Origin: Gammaproteobacteria bacterium
GTDB lineage: Bacteria > Pseudomonadota > Gammaproteobacteria > Thiohalomonadales > Thiohalomonadaceae
Length of the DNA stretch: 61,698 nt
Assembly: GCA_015231435.1 (NCBI GenBank)
Contig: JADGBN010000002.1
Span: 1 to 61,698 of the forward strand
Reading direction: 5' to 3'
Shown: piece after piece, positions 22,041-33,048 of the stretch
How positions within the stretch are numbered: position 1 is the stretch's first letter
Layout: the number at the start of each line of letters is the position of its first letter
The notes under the pieces: generated by a model
What the model was told of the DNA's origin: nothing
Database searches by the model: none
Seen by the model: the letters and a program-made list of their open reading frames with translations, nothing else
Translations under genes and position numbers: made by a program

Positions 22041-25000
22041 ACGATGAGTCAAAAAAGTCAAAATCCTTTCAGATCGAGGCCGCTGATATTAAAACAGCAG
22101 CATTAAAAGCCCTCCGCAATGGCGATTTCGATTTTGCGTTAAGGGCAGTAGAGCGCGGTGAAGCTAACATTACTGAGATGGTAGAAGACCTGAAAATATA
22201 TCAGGCTGAACTTGAAATGCAGAATGAAGAGCTTAGGCAATCTCAAGTTAGAAGTGAAATTGCTGTTGAAAGGTTTTCAAAGTTATTTTCATTGCTTCCC
22301 ATGCCTGCTTTGGTCATCACTGAAATTGGAGTGATAGTAGAGTGTAACGATTTAGCTGAACAAAGTTTCAAGCTAGATCGCGTCGTTCTTGCTAATCATT
22401 ATTTTCCAAGACTTATTAAGAATCAGGAGCATCATCGGCTACAGCGTGCCATTGCGCAGGCCAAAGATACTGGTACAAGTGCTATTGTCGAAGTAGGAAT
22501 GCAGGCTGCAGACAGCTCTGTTTTTATAGCAAACCTAAATTTCTCCCGTATTCCCAGTCCAGATTCTGACCAGGCACTTTTTACAGTTGTGGTCGTTGAC
22601 TTAACACAAGTACTCGAACAGAAAGCAAAGATCGAGGCAAGTCGTCGACATTTCATGGCTTACTTTGAGTTTTCCCCTGTTGGAATGGCGACAACCAGTT
22701 TGAAAAAAGGCTGGATCGAAGTCAACGATAAGCTGTGCGAAATGCTGTTGTATCGCCGCAAGGAATTGGTGCGCATGACTTGGCTAGAGTTGACCCATCC
22801 TGATGATATCGAAGCTGATTCGCTATTGTATGCCAGGGTATTAGCTAAAGAGATTGATGGCTATGAGGTAGATAAACGTTTTATACGGAAAGATGGTTCT
22901 GTTGTTGAAACGCATGTGGCAACCCAGTGTGTTCGTAACTATGCTGGCGAAGCTGATTATTTTGTAGCAATTATTGAAGAGATTGGAGATCGTAAACAGT
23001 TAGAGCGAGAGCGTGAAAATTCAATAATGAGCAAAGGTGCATTATTAGATCTTAAATTTCATGCAGATGAATTAAACGATGAAGATTTTCTAAGGCACGC
23101 CTTAGATCAATTAGAGTTATTGACCAGCAGCCAAATGGCTTATGCTCACTTTGTAAACGATGATCAAGAAAGCATCACATTAGGTGCATGGTCGAGCCAA
23201 ACACTCAAACACTGCAATGCAACTCACGATAATCATTACCCGATATCTAAGGCTGGCATTTGGGCAGATTGTTTTCGTGAAAAGAAATGGGTTATTCATA
23301 ACAACTACCCATCTGCTCCTCACAAAAAAGGATTGCCTGAAGGTCACGCCCAATTGTTGCGTCACATGAGTTTACCTGTAATGCAGGGCAATAATGTAGT
23401 AATGATCATTGGGGTAGGTAATAAATCCTCAGACTATGATGCCGGTGATCTGGCGCTATTGGAAATGCTGGCGAATAACTGCTGGGCCTTATTGCAGCGA
23501 AATCGAAGCCAGCGTAGGTTGGAGTTGGATGCAGAGGTATTCCGCATCAGTCGCGAAGCGGTCATTATCACCGATAAGAGTGGCAATATTCAGTCTGTGA
23601 ATAAGGCATTCACATTAATTACCGGCTACACTGAGTTGGAATCAATAGGGCAAACTCCTCGCCTACTAAAGTCGGGTAAGCAGTCTGCTGAGTTCTATAG
23701 AAAAATGTGGGCTGAAATCAACTCTTCTGGGCATTGGCAGGGTGAATTATGGAATAAGCGCAAGAATGGCGATCTCTATCCGCAATGGCTTGGAATCACC
23801 GCATCTAAGAGCAGTTCGGGTGAAGTAACAGAATACATCGGCATCTTTATGGACATCAGTGAGCATAAAATTGCACAACAGAAAATTGAAGAACTTGCCT
23901 ATTACGATTCACTGACGGCATTAGCAAATCGGACTTTATTAATCGATCGTGCGCACCGCGCCATCTCCCTAGCATCTCGCGAGAATCAAATGGTCGGCGT
24001 CTTGTATTTGGATTTAGACCGATTTAAAGATATCAATGATAGTCTTGGTCATAAGGTGGGTGATGATTTGCTCATGCAGGTCGCCAAGCGCTTATTGGCA
24101 TGTGTACGTGATACCGACACTGTCAGCCGATTAGGTGGCGATGAATTTGTTGTGCTTTTGAGTCAAGTGAATAGTATTGAAAACGTTTCTGAAGTTTCGC
24201 TAAAAATTCTCAAGACACTATCGGACCCATTCGTAATCAATAACAATTCACTTACTGTCACTTGCAGTATTGGAGCGTGCGTATATCCAAATGACAGTGC
24301 AGACTTCGACATATTGCTACAACGTGCAGATACGGCGATGTATCAGGCAAAAGAGCTCGGGAAGAACAATTGCCAATTTTTTACGGAGGAAATGAACCAT
24401 CGAGTTCAGAAGCGTATTCAACTCCAGCATGATATGAGGTCAGCCCTGCACAAGAAGGAGTTTTACCTAGAGTATCAACCTCAATTTGAATTAGATAATC
24501 ATAAGATTATAGGTGTTGAAGCGCTTGTTCGTTGGAAACATCCAACCCTTGGCATTGTATCCCCTGCCGAATTTATTCCTGTTGCCGAAGAATCGGGATT
24601 TATTATTGAGATTGGCCACTTTGTAATGCAACAAGCCTGCCGCCAAGCAAAATTCTGGCTCGACCAAGGATATGAACTGCAGATAGCTGTCAACGTTTCG
24701 TATGTACAGTTTGTAAGAAATAACTTGGTCCAATTGATTAAAGAGACTTTGCGCGATACTGGATTATCTCACAGGTTTCTAGAATTGGAATTGACTGAAT
24801 CAATACTGGTTTCTGACCCCGATAATGTATTGTCTGTGGTTAACACACTCCGTCAAATGGGGGTATTTCTTTCTATTGATGATTTTGGCACTGGGTATTC
24901 CAGTCTAAGCTATTTGAAACGATTCGACGTACACAAACTTAAGATAGACCAATCTTTTGTACGCGACCTTCTGATTGACCCAGATGATGCCATTATCGTG

Positions 25001-25180
25001 TCCGCCATAATTAATTTAGCAAGAAGCTTGAAAATCGATTGTATTGCTGAGGGGGTTGAAACTGAGGAGCAGGCAATTAAATTGAAAGAGATGGGTTGTA
25101 ATCAAATTCAGGGATACTGGCTAGGTAGACCACTTTCAGTTTCAAAAATGGGTGAGTTGCTCGCTCAGCTTCAGAACTAG
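22037..25180 (+). CDS. PAS-PAS-GAF-PAS-GGDEF-EAL signalling protein
   Basis: ATG at 22037 overlaps the upstream TGA (ATGA). YQAELEMQNEELRQ coiled coil, a GAF-like region, SRLGGDEF with an RDTD I-site, and EALVRW plus DDFGTGYSSL. Confidence 0.85.
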   Translation: MNDESKKSKSFQIEAADIKTAALKALRNGDFDFALRAVERGEANITEMVEDLKIYQAELEMQNEELRQSQVRSEIAVERFSKLFSLLPMPALVITEIGVIVECNDLAEQSFKLDRVVLANHYFPRLIKNQEHHRLQRAIAQAKDTGTSAIVEVGMQAADSSVFIANLNFSRIPSPDSDQALFTVVVVDLTQVLEQKAKIEASRRHFMAYFEFSPVGMATTSLKKGWIEVNDKLCEMLLYRRKELVRMTWLELTHPDDIEADSLLYARVLAKEIDGYEVDKRFIRKDGSVVETHVATQCVRNYAGEADYFVAIIEEIGDRKQLERERENSIMSKGALLDLKFHADELNDEDFLRHALDQLELLTSSQMAYAHFVNDDQESITLGAWSSQTLKHCNATHDNHYPISKAGIWADCFREKKWVIHNNYPSAPHKKGLPEGHAQLLRHMSLPVMQGNNVVMIIGVGNKSSDYDAGDLALLEMLANNCWALLQRNRSQRRLELDAEVFRISREAVIITDKSGNIQSVNKAFTLITGYTELESIGQTPRLLKSGKQSAEFYRKMWAEINSSGHWQGELWNKRKNGDLYPQWLGITASKSSSGEVTEYIGIFMDISEHKIAQQKIEELAYYDSLTALANRTLLIDRAHRAISLASRENQMVGVLYLDLDRFKDINDSLGHKVGDDLLMQVAKRLLACVRDTDTVSRLGGDEFVVLLSQVNSIENVSEVSLKILKTLSDPFVINNNSLTVTCSIGACVYPNDSADFDILLQRADTAMYQAKELGKNNCQFFTEEMNHRVQKRIQLQHDMRSALHKKEFYLEYQPQFELDNHKIIGVEALVRWKHPTLGIVSPAEFIPVAEESGFIIEIGHFVMQQACRQAKFWLDQGYELQIAVNVSYVQFVRNNLVQLIKETLRDTGLSHRFLELELTESILVSDPDNVLSVVNTLRQMGVFLSIDDFGTGYSSLSYLKRFDVHKLKIDQSFVRDLLIDPDDAIIVSAIINLARSLKIDCIAEGVETEEQAIKLKEMGCNQIQGYWLGRPLSVSKMGELLAQLQN

Positions 25181-25227
25181 ATATTGTATTTGATTGGTAT
25201 GTTGGTAATCTAGCCGCGTTAATACGT

Positions 25228-25782
25228 ATGACTATGAATATGGCAGATAGAGTTGAATTCAATCTGAATGAACAAAATATAATCGTTTCTGTGGGGGGCG
25301 AGTGGGATCAGTTCGCATTAGCGAACAACGCCCCCGAACTTGTTGGCGAACAAGTGATTGGTCTTTCCGTACTCGACTTTGTTAGTGGCAATGTGACTCG
25401 TCAGTTTCTTCAATCATTATTGCAATTAGTTCGTTCAGGTAGTAGACCGATTGAACTTGAATACAGATGCGATTCGCCGCTGGAGAAACGCTTTATGAAG
25501 ATGCATGTCTCGTTAACATTATCTGGGCAGGTGCGTTTTATCAATTCAACTCTTCGTATTGAACATCGAGACCAAGCGTGCCACATTTCAAAATCAGTTC
25601 AGCGCGGTAAAAACACAAATATTCGTTGCAGTATTTGCAACTTGATAAAGTCTTCGCATGATTGGCTTGAGCCAGAAAAAATATCAGCATTCAATACACA
25701 GGCCCATACTGGATTGCAAGTGGTATATGGTATTTGCGATTCGTGCGCTCAGCAATTGCAAAAGCAATATTTAACACAATGA
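25228..25782 (+). CDS. Hypothetical protein: PAS-like N-terminal half plus C-terminal Cys4 motif
   Basis: 184 aa. N-terminus resembles a PAS fold (IIVSVGGEWDQFALANNAPELVGEQVIGLSVLDFV). C-terminus has CSIC...CDSC. Same low-G+C composition as the upstream gene. Confidence 0.55.
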   Translation: MTMNMADRVEFNLNEQNIIVSVGGEWDQFALANNAPELVGEQVIGLSVLDFVSGNVTRQFLQSLLQLVRSGSRPIELEYRCDSPLEKRFMKMHVSLTLSGQVRFINSTLRIEHRDQACHISKSVQRGKNTNIRCSICNLIKSSHDWLEPEKISAFNTQAHTGLQVVYGICDSCAQQLQKQYLTQ

Positions 25783-25819
25783 ATACGTAGTTATTGAGTC
25801 CCGTACGTTTATTAAACAT

Positions 25820-25886
25820 AAACCCAGAGCATGGGTTTACGGCGTCCCGGCAAGCGGGTGGTGGGTTCTTAGACTTAACTTAAAGG
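25820..25886. repeat. Half copy (right arm) of the REP-like nested palindrome found at 38008-38139
   Basis: The 34 nt ATGGGTTTACGGCGTCCCGGCAAGCGGGTGGTGG at 25831-25864 are identical to 38082-38115. The flanking AAACCCAGAGC and AACTTAAAGG resemble the AAGCCCCCAGG and AACTTAATGG of the full copy. Confidence 0.8.
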
Positions 25887-25906
25887 TGATCTCACTCGTG
25901 CTGAGG

Positions 25907-26356
25907 CTACTGCGTACGGTAACTACGGTGGCAGGTGATGCAGGTTGCGGTCACGGCCTGCAATGAGGCGAGAGCCTTCGTAGTCTCTCCACTGCTGGCA
26001 ACTTTGGCGAACTCACTGCTTGCAGCGTGCATCATGCGTGCGATAGCGTGCATATCAGTAGGCATGAAGGCGCCGGGACGTGCATTTTGTGGTGCATTGC
26101 GATGGCTCCCCATGGCAGAGATGCCCATCTGCTTTTCGGCGATGTCAGCGGCATTAGTGAATTGTTGTTCAGCCAGCGCCCCGATAATCAAATGCAGCGC
26201 CGTCTGGAAACCGAGCATTTCGGTACGCAGCGCGGCACGCGCTTCAGGAGGCATCTCAACCAACTGACGACTATCGGTATCGGCAGCGCAAACCGGCACC
26301 GACCATATGGCAGTCAGCGCAACAAGAAATATCGGCAGAGCAAGTGGGTTTTTCAT
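25907..26356 (-). CDS. Class II c-type cytochrome (cytochrome c'/c556-like)
   Basis: About 149 aa from ATG 26356, preceded by an AAGG RBS. Has a signal peptide, helical content, and a single C-terminal heme motif (LQAVTATCITCHRSYR), as in cytochrome c'. Confidence 0.6.
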   Translation of the reverse strand: MKNPLALPIFLVALTAIWSVPVCAADTDSRQLVEMPPEARAALRTEMLGFQTALHLIIGALAEQQFTNAADIAEKQMGISAMGSHRNAPQNARPGAFMPTDMHAIARMMHAASSEFAKVASSGETTKALASLQAVTATCITCHRSYRTQ

Positions 26357-26508
26357 GACTGAACCTTTCAATTACTGGGAGGGGGCGACTAAGATCTGCA
26401 TCTGATACGAGACAGCATCATAAGATATCCAACGAAAAAAGTCACCGGCGTTGCGCGGCATTATCGCACAGCATCCGTGTGGACTGTTTGGTTGGGCATC
26501 ATAGCTGG

Positions 26509-26601
26509 GTAACCGTTCACTCCCCTTCCTTAAGTCTCCCTCTCCCAGCGGGAGAGGCTGGGGTGAGGTCTAAAAAGGCAGCAGGAGAGTGAACGGTTAC
26601 G
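26509..26601. repeat. Palindromic intergenic element
   Basis: 14-bp perfect outer arms GTAACCGTTCACTC / GAGTGAACGGTTAC enclose an inner hairpin CTCTCCC-agc-GGGAGAG followed by GCTGGGGTGAGG. Confidence 0.6.
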
Positions 26602-26610
26602 TCAGCAACG

Positions 26611-28671
<2,061 letters not shown>

Positions 28672-28675
28672 CTAC

Positions 28676-29344
28676 CTACAAATCATCGTAAGCGGCTGCC
28701 TGATGGCGCATTCGGTAATATTCAGACTCCGCGAGCGGTTGCTGATGCGCATCACAAAGTCGCCCCTGAAGATTCTCCCCAAGGCGCGTGGCGACATCCA
28801 TTAACTCATCAAAGAGTTCACTTCCCGTCTGACTCACGGCGGGGAGCTGAATAAAGAGCCAGAGTCCGGCGGTACTCATCTGCTCTGGCGGGTCAATCTC
28901 AAAACTGCCTGGCTCATGCAAATTGGCAATGCTAATGAGTGGCCGCCCTTGCAGATCAAGACGATGAAAGATGCCCATTTCGCCATAGTTGAAACCCAGC
29001 TGTAACAACAGGGTGTAGAGCTCATCGCCGGCAAAACGGCTCCCCTCCTGCGCCAGCAGGGCAAGGTAGATCACCGCTGGTTCGGGCTTGGTCGGCATCG
29101 GTTCCATCTCATCGACCTCTACGGCACGCTGTTGCTGCTGACGCGATGCCGCGATGCGCTCATCCTGAGGTTGGGTTCCCAGCAACTCCCCAAGACTCGG
29201 TCCAACTTTGCGCTTTTTCCATGACAGCAGACGTTCGATAATTGAACGATACTGCATTGACCTAGCGCGGTGATGTTCATAGAAGAAGAGACCGGCAATC
29301 AGCAGCAGACCAATCACCCCGATGAGCAATCGTAAAGTATCCAT
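28676..29344 (-). CDS. zipA: Cell division protein ZipA
   Basis: 222 aa. N-terminal TM anchor, charged/Q-rich linker, conserved C-terminal domain. Canonical position between smc and ligA. Confidence 0.8.
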   Translation of the reverse strand: MDTLRLLIGVIGLLLIAGLFFYEHHRARSMQYRSIIERLLSWKKRKVGPSLGELLGTQPQDERIAASRQQQQRAVEVDEMEPMPTKPEPAVIYLALLAQEGSRFAGDELYTLLLQLGFNYGEMGIFHRLDLQGRPLISIANLHEPGSFEIDPPEQMSTAGLWLFIQLPAVSQTGSELFDELMDVATRLGENLQGRLCDAHQQPLAESEYYRMRHQAAAYDDL

Positions 29345-29394
29345 AATTTTTGCAAAACTCCTCTTGCGGTTATGGTTCTATTGTAATCGACCTG

Positions 29395-32300
29395 TCAGCC
29401 AACTGCAGCGAGTTCTATCGCCGCATCGACATCGACCGCAACCATACGCGACACCCCGGGCTCCTGCATCGTCACCCCAATCAGGCTGCTGGCAAGCTCC
29501 ATGGTCGTCTTATTATGGGTGATAAAGATAAACTGCACCTGTGACGCCATCTCGCGAACCAGATTACAAAAGCGCCCGACATTCGCCTCGTCAAGCGGTG
29601 CGTCCACCTCATCAAGCATACAGAAGGGTGATGGATTGAGCTCAAATATTGCAAATACCAGCGCCACGGCGGTTAGCGCCTTCTCACCACCCGAGAGCAG
29701 GTGAATAGTGCTGTTACGCTTGCCCGGGGGTCGCGCCATCACCCCGACGCCGGTATCGAGCAGATCACTACCGGTCAGCTCAAGGTAGGCGTGACCGCCA
29801 CCAAAGAGCAGCGGAAACTTCTCCTGCAAGCCACTGTTAACCTTATCAAAGGTCTCTTTGAAGCGGTTGCGGGTCTCTTTATCAATTTTGGCTATCGCCT
29901 CTTCGAGAGTGGCGAGCGCCTGAACCAAATCCTCATTTTGTGCATCAAGGTAATTTTTTCGCGTCAGCTGCTCCTGATACTCGGCAATCGCCGCAAGATT
30001 AATCGGCCCGAGCCGGGTGATTCGCTGGGTGGTCTGCTCAACCGCTGCCTGCCACGCCTCCAGCGTCGGCGGCGGCTGGCAAGTTGCCAGCGCATCCAGC
30101 AGCTGTTGCAGTTCAAGCCCTGACTCCTGCAACCGCTCTGCTAGGGTCTGACGCCGCACATAAAGTTCCTGATAGTGCATCCGCTGCTGCTCTGACGCCT
30201 GCCGCATCTGCTCAAGCTGTCGCTCCAACTCAAGACGCTCTCCCTCCTGGGCACGAATGGCGTGATCAATATCGCCTAAACCCTGACGTGCGGTCGCCAG
30301 ACGCCCCTCCACCTCAAGCCGTTGTGCGAGCGTCGCCTGCAACTGCTGTTGCTGTTCGGCAAGCGGCGCATCGGCCTGACTAATCGCCTGTTGCAGCGCC
30401 TCGCGGCGCTGCTGCAACGCTTCCAGCTGCGCCAGGCTGCGCGCCTCTGCCTGCACCAGAGAGTCACGTTCGGTGGTTAACGTTTGCAGCCGTAGCTGCA
30501 GATTATGCGCCTGCTGCTGCGCCTCACGCGCCGCCTGACGGCTCTGCTGCTGACGATTTTGCAGGGCTTGGCGCTCATCCTGAAGCTGCTCCTTCTGCAG
30601 GGTAAACGCCTCGACCTTGGCAAGTGCCGCATGCAGCGTGCTGCGTGCGCTCTCCATCTGCACTGCTCCCTGTTGCCGCTCGCGCAGCAGCTCCTGCTCA
30701 TCGTGTTGCAGCCGCTCCTGCCGCTGCTGAATCTGTTCACGGCGCATCTCTTTGCCCTGCAGTTGACTTTTTAGTTGGTTCAACTCGGCATTCAGTTGAT
30801 TCAGATGACGGTTAACCACTCCCGCCTGCTCCTCCGCCTCCTGCAGCGCCTGCTGCTGCTCCTGCTGTGCCGCCTCCGCCAGTGCTAGGGTCTGCTGCAG
30901 GCTCTCCTGTTCGGCAAGCAGATTTTTTAGCTCCTGCTCACGCTGTAACACCCCCGCCTGACGCGCATCGCCCCGCTGCAACCGCAGCCAGTTACGCCCG
31001 ACCATAATCCCCTCGCGGGTGATAAAGGATTGTTGCGGGGTCAGGCTTTGATGCTGCTGCAACGCCTGCGTCAAGGAGTCTGCAAGCAACACACCGCTTA
31101 ACAGCGGCGCTAAATCCACCGTACTAGTCACCTTTGCCAACAGCGTATCAGCTGCCGCCGCCGCTGGCTCTCCTGCTGCAATGAGGGTTAACTGCCCCTC
31201 ACTCAGGGCTGCCAGCGTTATCGCATTAAGTTCAAGCTGCTGCATAACCACCGCCTGAAGTCGGTCACCGAGCAGCGTCTCCACCGCCAGCTCCCAGCCA
31301 TCACTTACCTGCAACTGCTGTCCAAGTCGCGGCGCGCTGGTTAACCCCTGCTGTTGCAGCCAGTCACTCACCGAGCCACTACGACCTTTTTGCGCAGCTT
31401 TGCCCTGCCCCAGTGCCGCCTGCTGGAGCACCTCCAGCGAGGCGTAACGCCCACGCAGCTGCTGCATTCGACCCGTATCACGATTAACCAGCGTCGCACT
31501 CTGCTGAATTTGGGCGCGTAGCTCCCCTATCGCTGCCCGCGAATGCGACAGTTGATCCTCCTGCAGTTGACGCGCTTCATCGACCCTTTCTAAGGCGATG
31601 GCAAGCGCTGCTATCTCCTCCTCAAGGCGGGCGGTCTCAAGGCTTGCCATCTCCTGCTGCAGCCGCTCCAGACGCCGCTGCTGTTGCTGATCCGTCTGCT
31701 CCAGCTGCTGCATACGAGCGCGCTCGATCTGTGCCTGTTGCGAGGGGATTGCCGCCTGTTGTGAAAACTCATCCCAACGCTGCTGCATCTGATCTACCGC
31801 CTCTTCAACCGCCGCCAGCAGTTCGCCACTCTCCTCTGCGCGTTCATTAGCCAGCTGATATTCAGGAACGAGATCGCTCAGAGTGGCGATAATTTGCGTG
31901 CGACGCTGACTGTCGTGACGCCGATGTTGATCGGCAGCGCTAACGCTGCTGTCGATCTGCGCCAGCTCGCGCTGCTGTGCCTGCAACCGCTCTCGGGCGT
32001 GATGAATCGCCTGTTGCAGTCGCGAGATCTCCGCACCAACACTATAAAAATCTGTCTGAATGGTATTAAAGTGCTCCGTCGCCTCACCCTGCTGCAGACG
32101 TAACTGCTCCAGCAAACTCTCCCCATGACGCTGCTGCGCGGTGGTCGCCTCAATTGCCAACTCACTTGCATTCAGCTGTTGCTGCTGCCCACTCGCCTCG
32201 TTATCCAGCTGTTGCCAGCGCAACGCCTGTAACTCACCCTGCTGCTGGCGCTCTTCACGCTTTAATTCACTATAGCGCTCGGCACTTTTTGCCTGACGTT

Positions 32301-32925
32301 GCAAATGCGTCAGCTGCTTCTCCAGTTCGCCACGCAGATCGCTTAAACGATCCAGATTGTCGCGGGTGCTGCGAATACGGTTCGCCGTCTCGCGCCGCCG
32401 CTCTTTGTAGCGGGAGATCCCCGCTGCCTCCTCAAGAAAGACCCGCAACTCGTCGGGCTTCGCCTCGATGAGCCGCGAGATGGTTCCCTGCTCGATAATC
32501 GCATAACTGCGAGGCCCAAGTCCGGTGCCTAAAAAGATGTCGGTAATATCACGCCGCCGGCAACGGCTGTTATTCAAAAAGTATTGTGACTGACCATCAC
32601 GGCTCACCTGCCGCTTAATCGAAATTTCAGCAAAGTTGGCGTACTGTCCGCCGTAGCTGCCATCGCTGTTATCAAAGGTCAGCTCAATATTTGCCACCCC
32701 CACCGGTTTACGCGAGGTGGAGCCGTTAAAAATGACATCGGCCATCGAATCGCCGCGCAGATTTTTTGCCGAGCTCTCCCCCATCACCCAACGCACAGCG
32801 TCGATAATATTCGATTTACCACAACCATTAGGGCCAACAACACCGGTCAGGTTACTGGGAAAAGGGACGGTCGTTGGATCAACAAAGGATTTGAAACCAG
32901 CGAGTTTTATCTTGCTCAAACGCAT
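29395..32925 (-). CDS. smc: Chromosome segregation protein SMC
   Basis: 1176 aa. MRLSKIKLAGFKSF...GPNGCGKSN Walker A, long Q/E/A-rich coiled coils with a central hinge, and C-terminal LSGGEKALTAVAL plus FCMLDEVDAPLD. Confidence 0.95.
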   Translation of the reverse strand: MRLSKIKLAGFKSFVDPTTVPFPSNLTGVVGPNGCGKSNIIDAVRWVMGESSAKNLRGDSMADVIFNGSTSRKPVGVANIELTFDNSDGSYGGQYANFAEISIKRQVSRDGQSQYFLNNSRCRRRDITDIFLGTGLGPRSYAIIEQGTISRLIEAKPDELRVFLEEAAGISRYKERRRETANRIRSTRDNLDRLSDLRGELEKQLTHLQRQAKSAERYSELKREERQQQGELQALRWQQLDNEASGQQQQLNASELAIEATTAQQRHGESLLEQLRLQQGEATEHFNTIQTDFYSVGAEISRLQQAIHHARERLQAQQRELAQIDSSVSAADQHRRHDSQRRTQIIATLSDLVPEYQLANERAEESGELLAAVEEAVDQMQQRWDEFSQQAAIPSQQAQIERARMQQLEQTDQQQQRRLERLQQEMASLETARLEEEIAALAIALERVDEARQLQEDQLSHSRAAIGELRAQIQQSATLVNRDTGRMQQLRGRYASLEVLQQAALGQGKAAQKGRSGSVSDWLQQQGLTSAPRLGQQLQVSDGWELAVETLLGDRLQAVVMQQLELNAITLAALSEGQLTLIAAGEPAAAAADTLLAKVTSTVDLAPLLSGVLLADSLTQALQQHQSLTPQQSFITREGIMVGRNWLRLQRGDARQAGVLQREQELKNLLAEQESLQQTLALAEAAQQEQQQALQEAEEQAGVVNRHLNQLNAELNQLKSQLQGKEMRREQIQQRQERLQHDEQELLRERQQGAVQMESARSTLHAALAKVEAFTLQKEQLQDERQALQNRQQQSRQAAREAQQQAHNLQLRLQTLTTERDSLVQAEARSLAQLEALQQRREALQQAISQADAPLAEQQQQLQATLAQRLEVEGRLATARQGLGDIDHAIRAQEGERLELERQLEQMRQASEQQRMHYQELYVRRQTLAERLQESGLELQQLLDALATCQPPPTLEAWQAAVEQTTQRITRLGPINLAAIAEYQEQLTRKNYLDAQNEDLVQALATLEEAIAKIDKETRNRFKETFDKVNSGLQEKFPLLFGGGHAYLELTGSDLLDTGVGVMARPPGKRNSTIHLLSGGEKALTAVALVFAIFELNPSPFCMLDEVDAPLDEANVGRFCNLVREMASQVQFIFITHNKTTMELASSLIGVTMQEPGVSRMVAVDVDAAIELAAVG

Positions 32926-33048
32926 CTTAAAGGCTATTTTTTCTTAAAAAACGGGCGCCACAGAAAAGGCAGCGACAAAAACAGGGGGAATTTTCCCCGC
33001 TGAACAGGGTACAATCAGAGTTTGCTAAACTACCACGAAAGGTGATCC

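Larger units (their letters stand above)
18770..25830. other. Low-G+C genomic islet (three signalling genes, no mobility genes)
   Basis: Hand counts of 100-nt samples: 63 G+C at 18601-18700 (norQ), 49 at 19301-19400, and 37 at 22201-22300. A/T-rich third codon positions. Flanked by convergent host genes. Confidence 0.7.

Noticed and set aside
30000-32500. Many 60-140-aa ORFs on both strands within smc, and similar ones in the GGDEF-EAL sensor, ligA, lpxD and tkt
   Set aside because: These are Ala/Arg/Pro/Gln-rich shadow frames nested in long conserved genes. None has an independent start context or recognisable motifs.
29395-32925. SMC-family ATPase as part of a defence system (Wadjet/Lamassu-like)
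   Set aside because: It sits in the canonical housekeeping smc-zipA-ligA arrangement with host-like composition. There are no JetABCD/LmuAB-type partner genes.
32926-33048. preQ1 riboswitch upstream of queF
   Set aside because: The spacer has a GGGGAATTTTCCCC palindrome. It does not have the short preQ1-I hairpin plus A-rich tail consensus, and I could not fit the motif.
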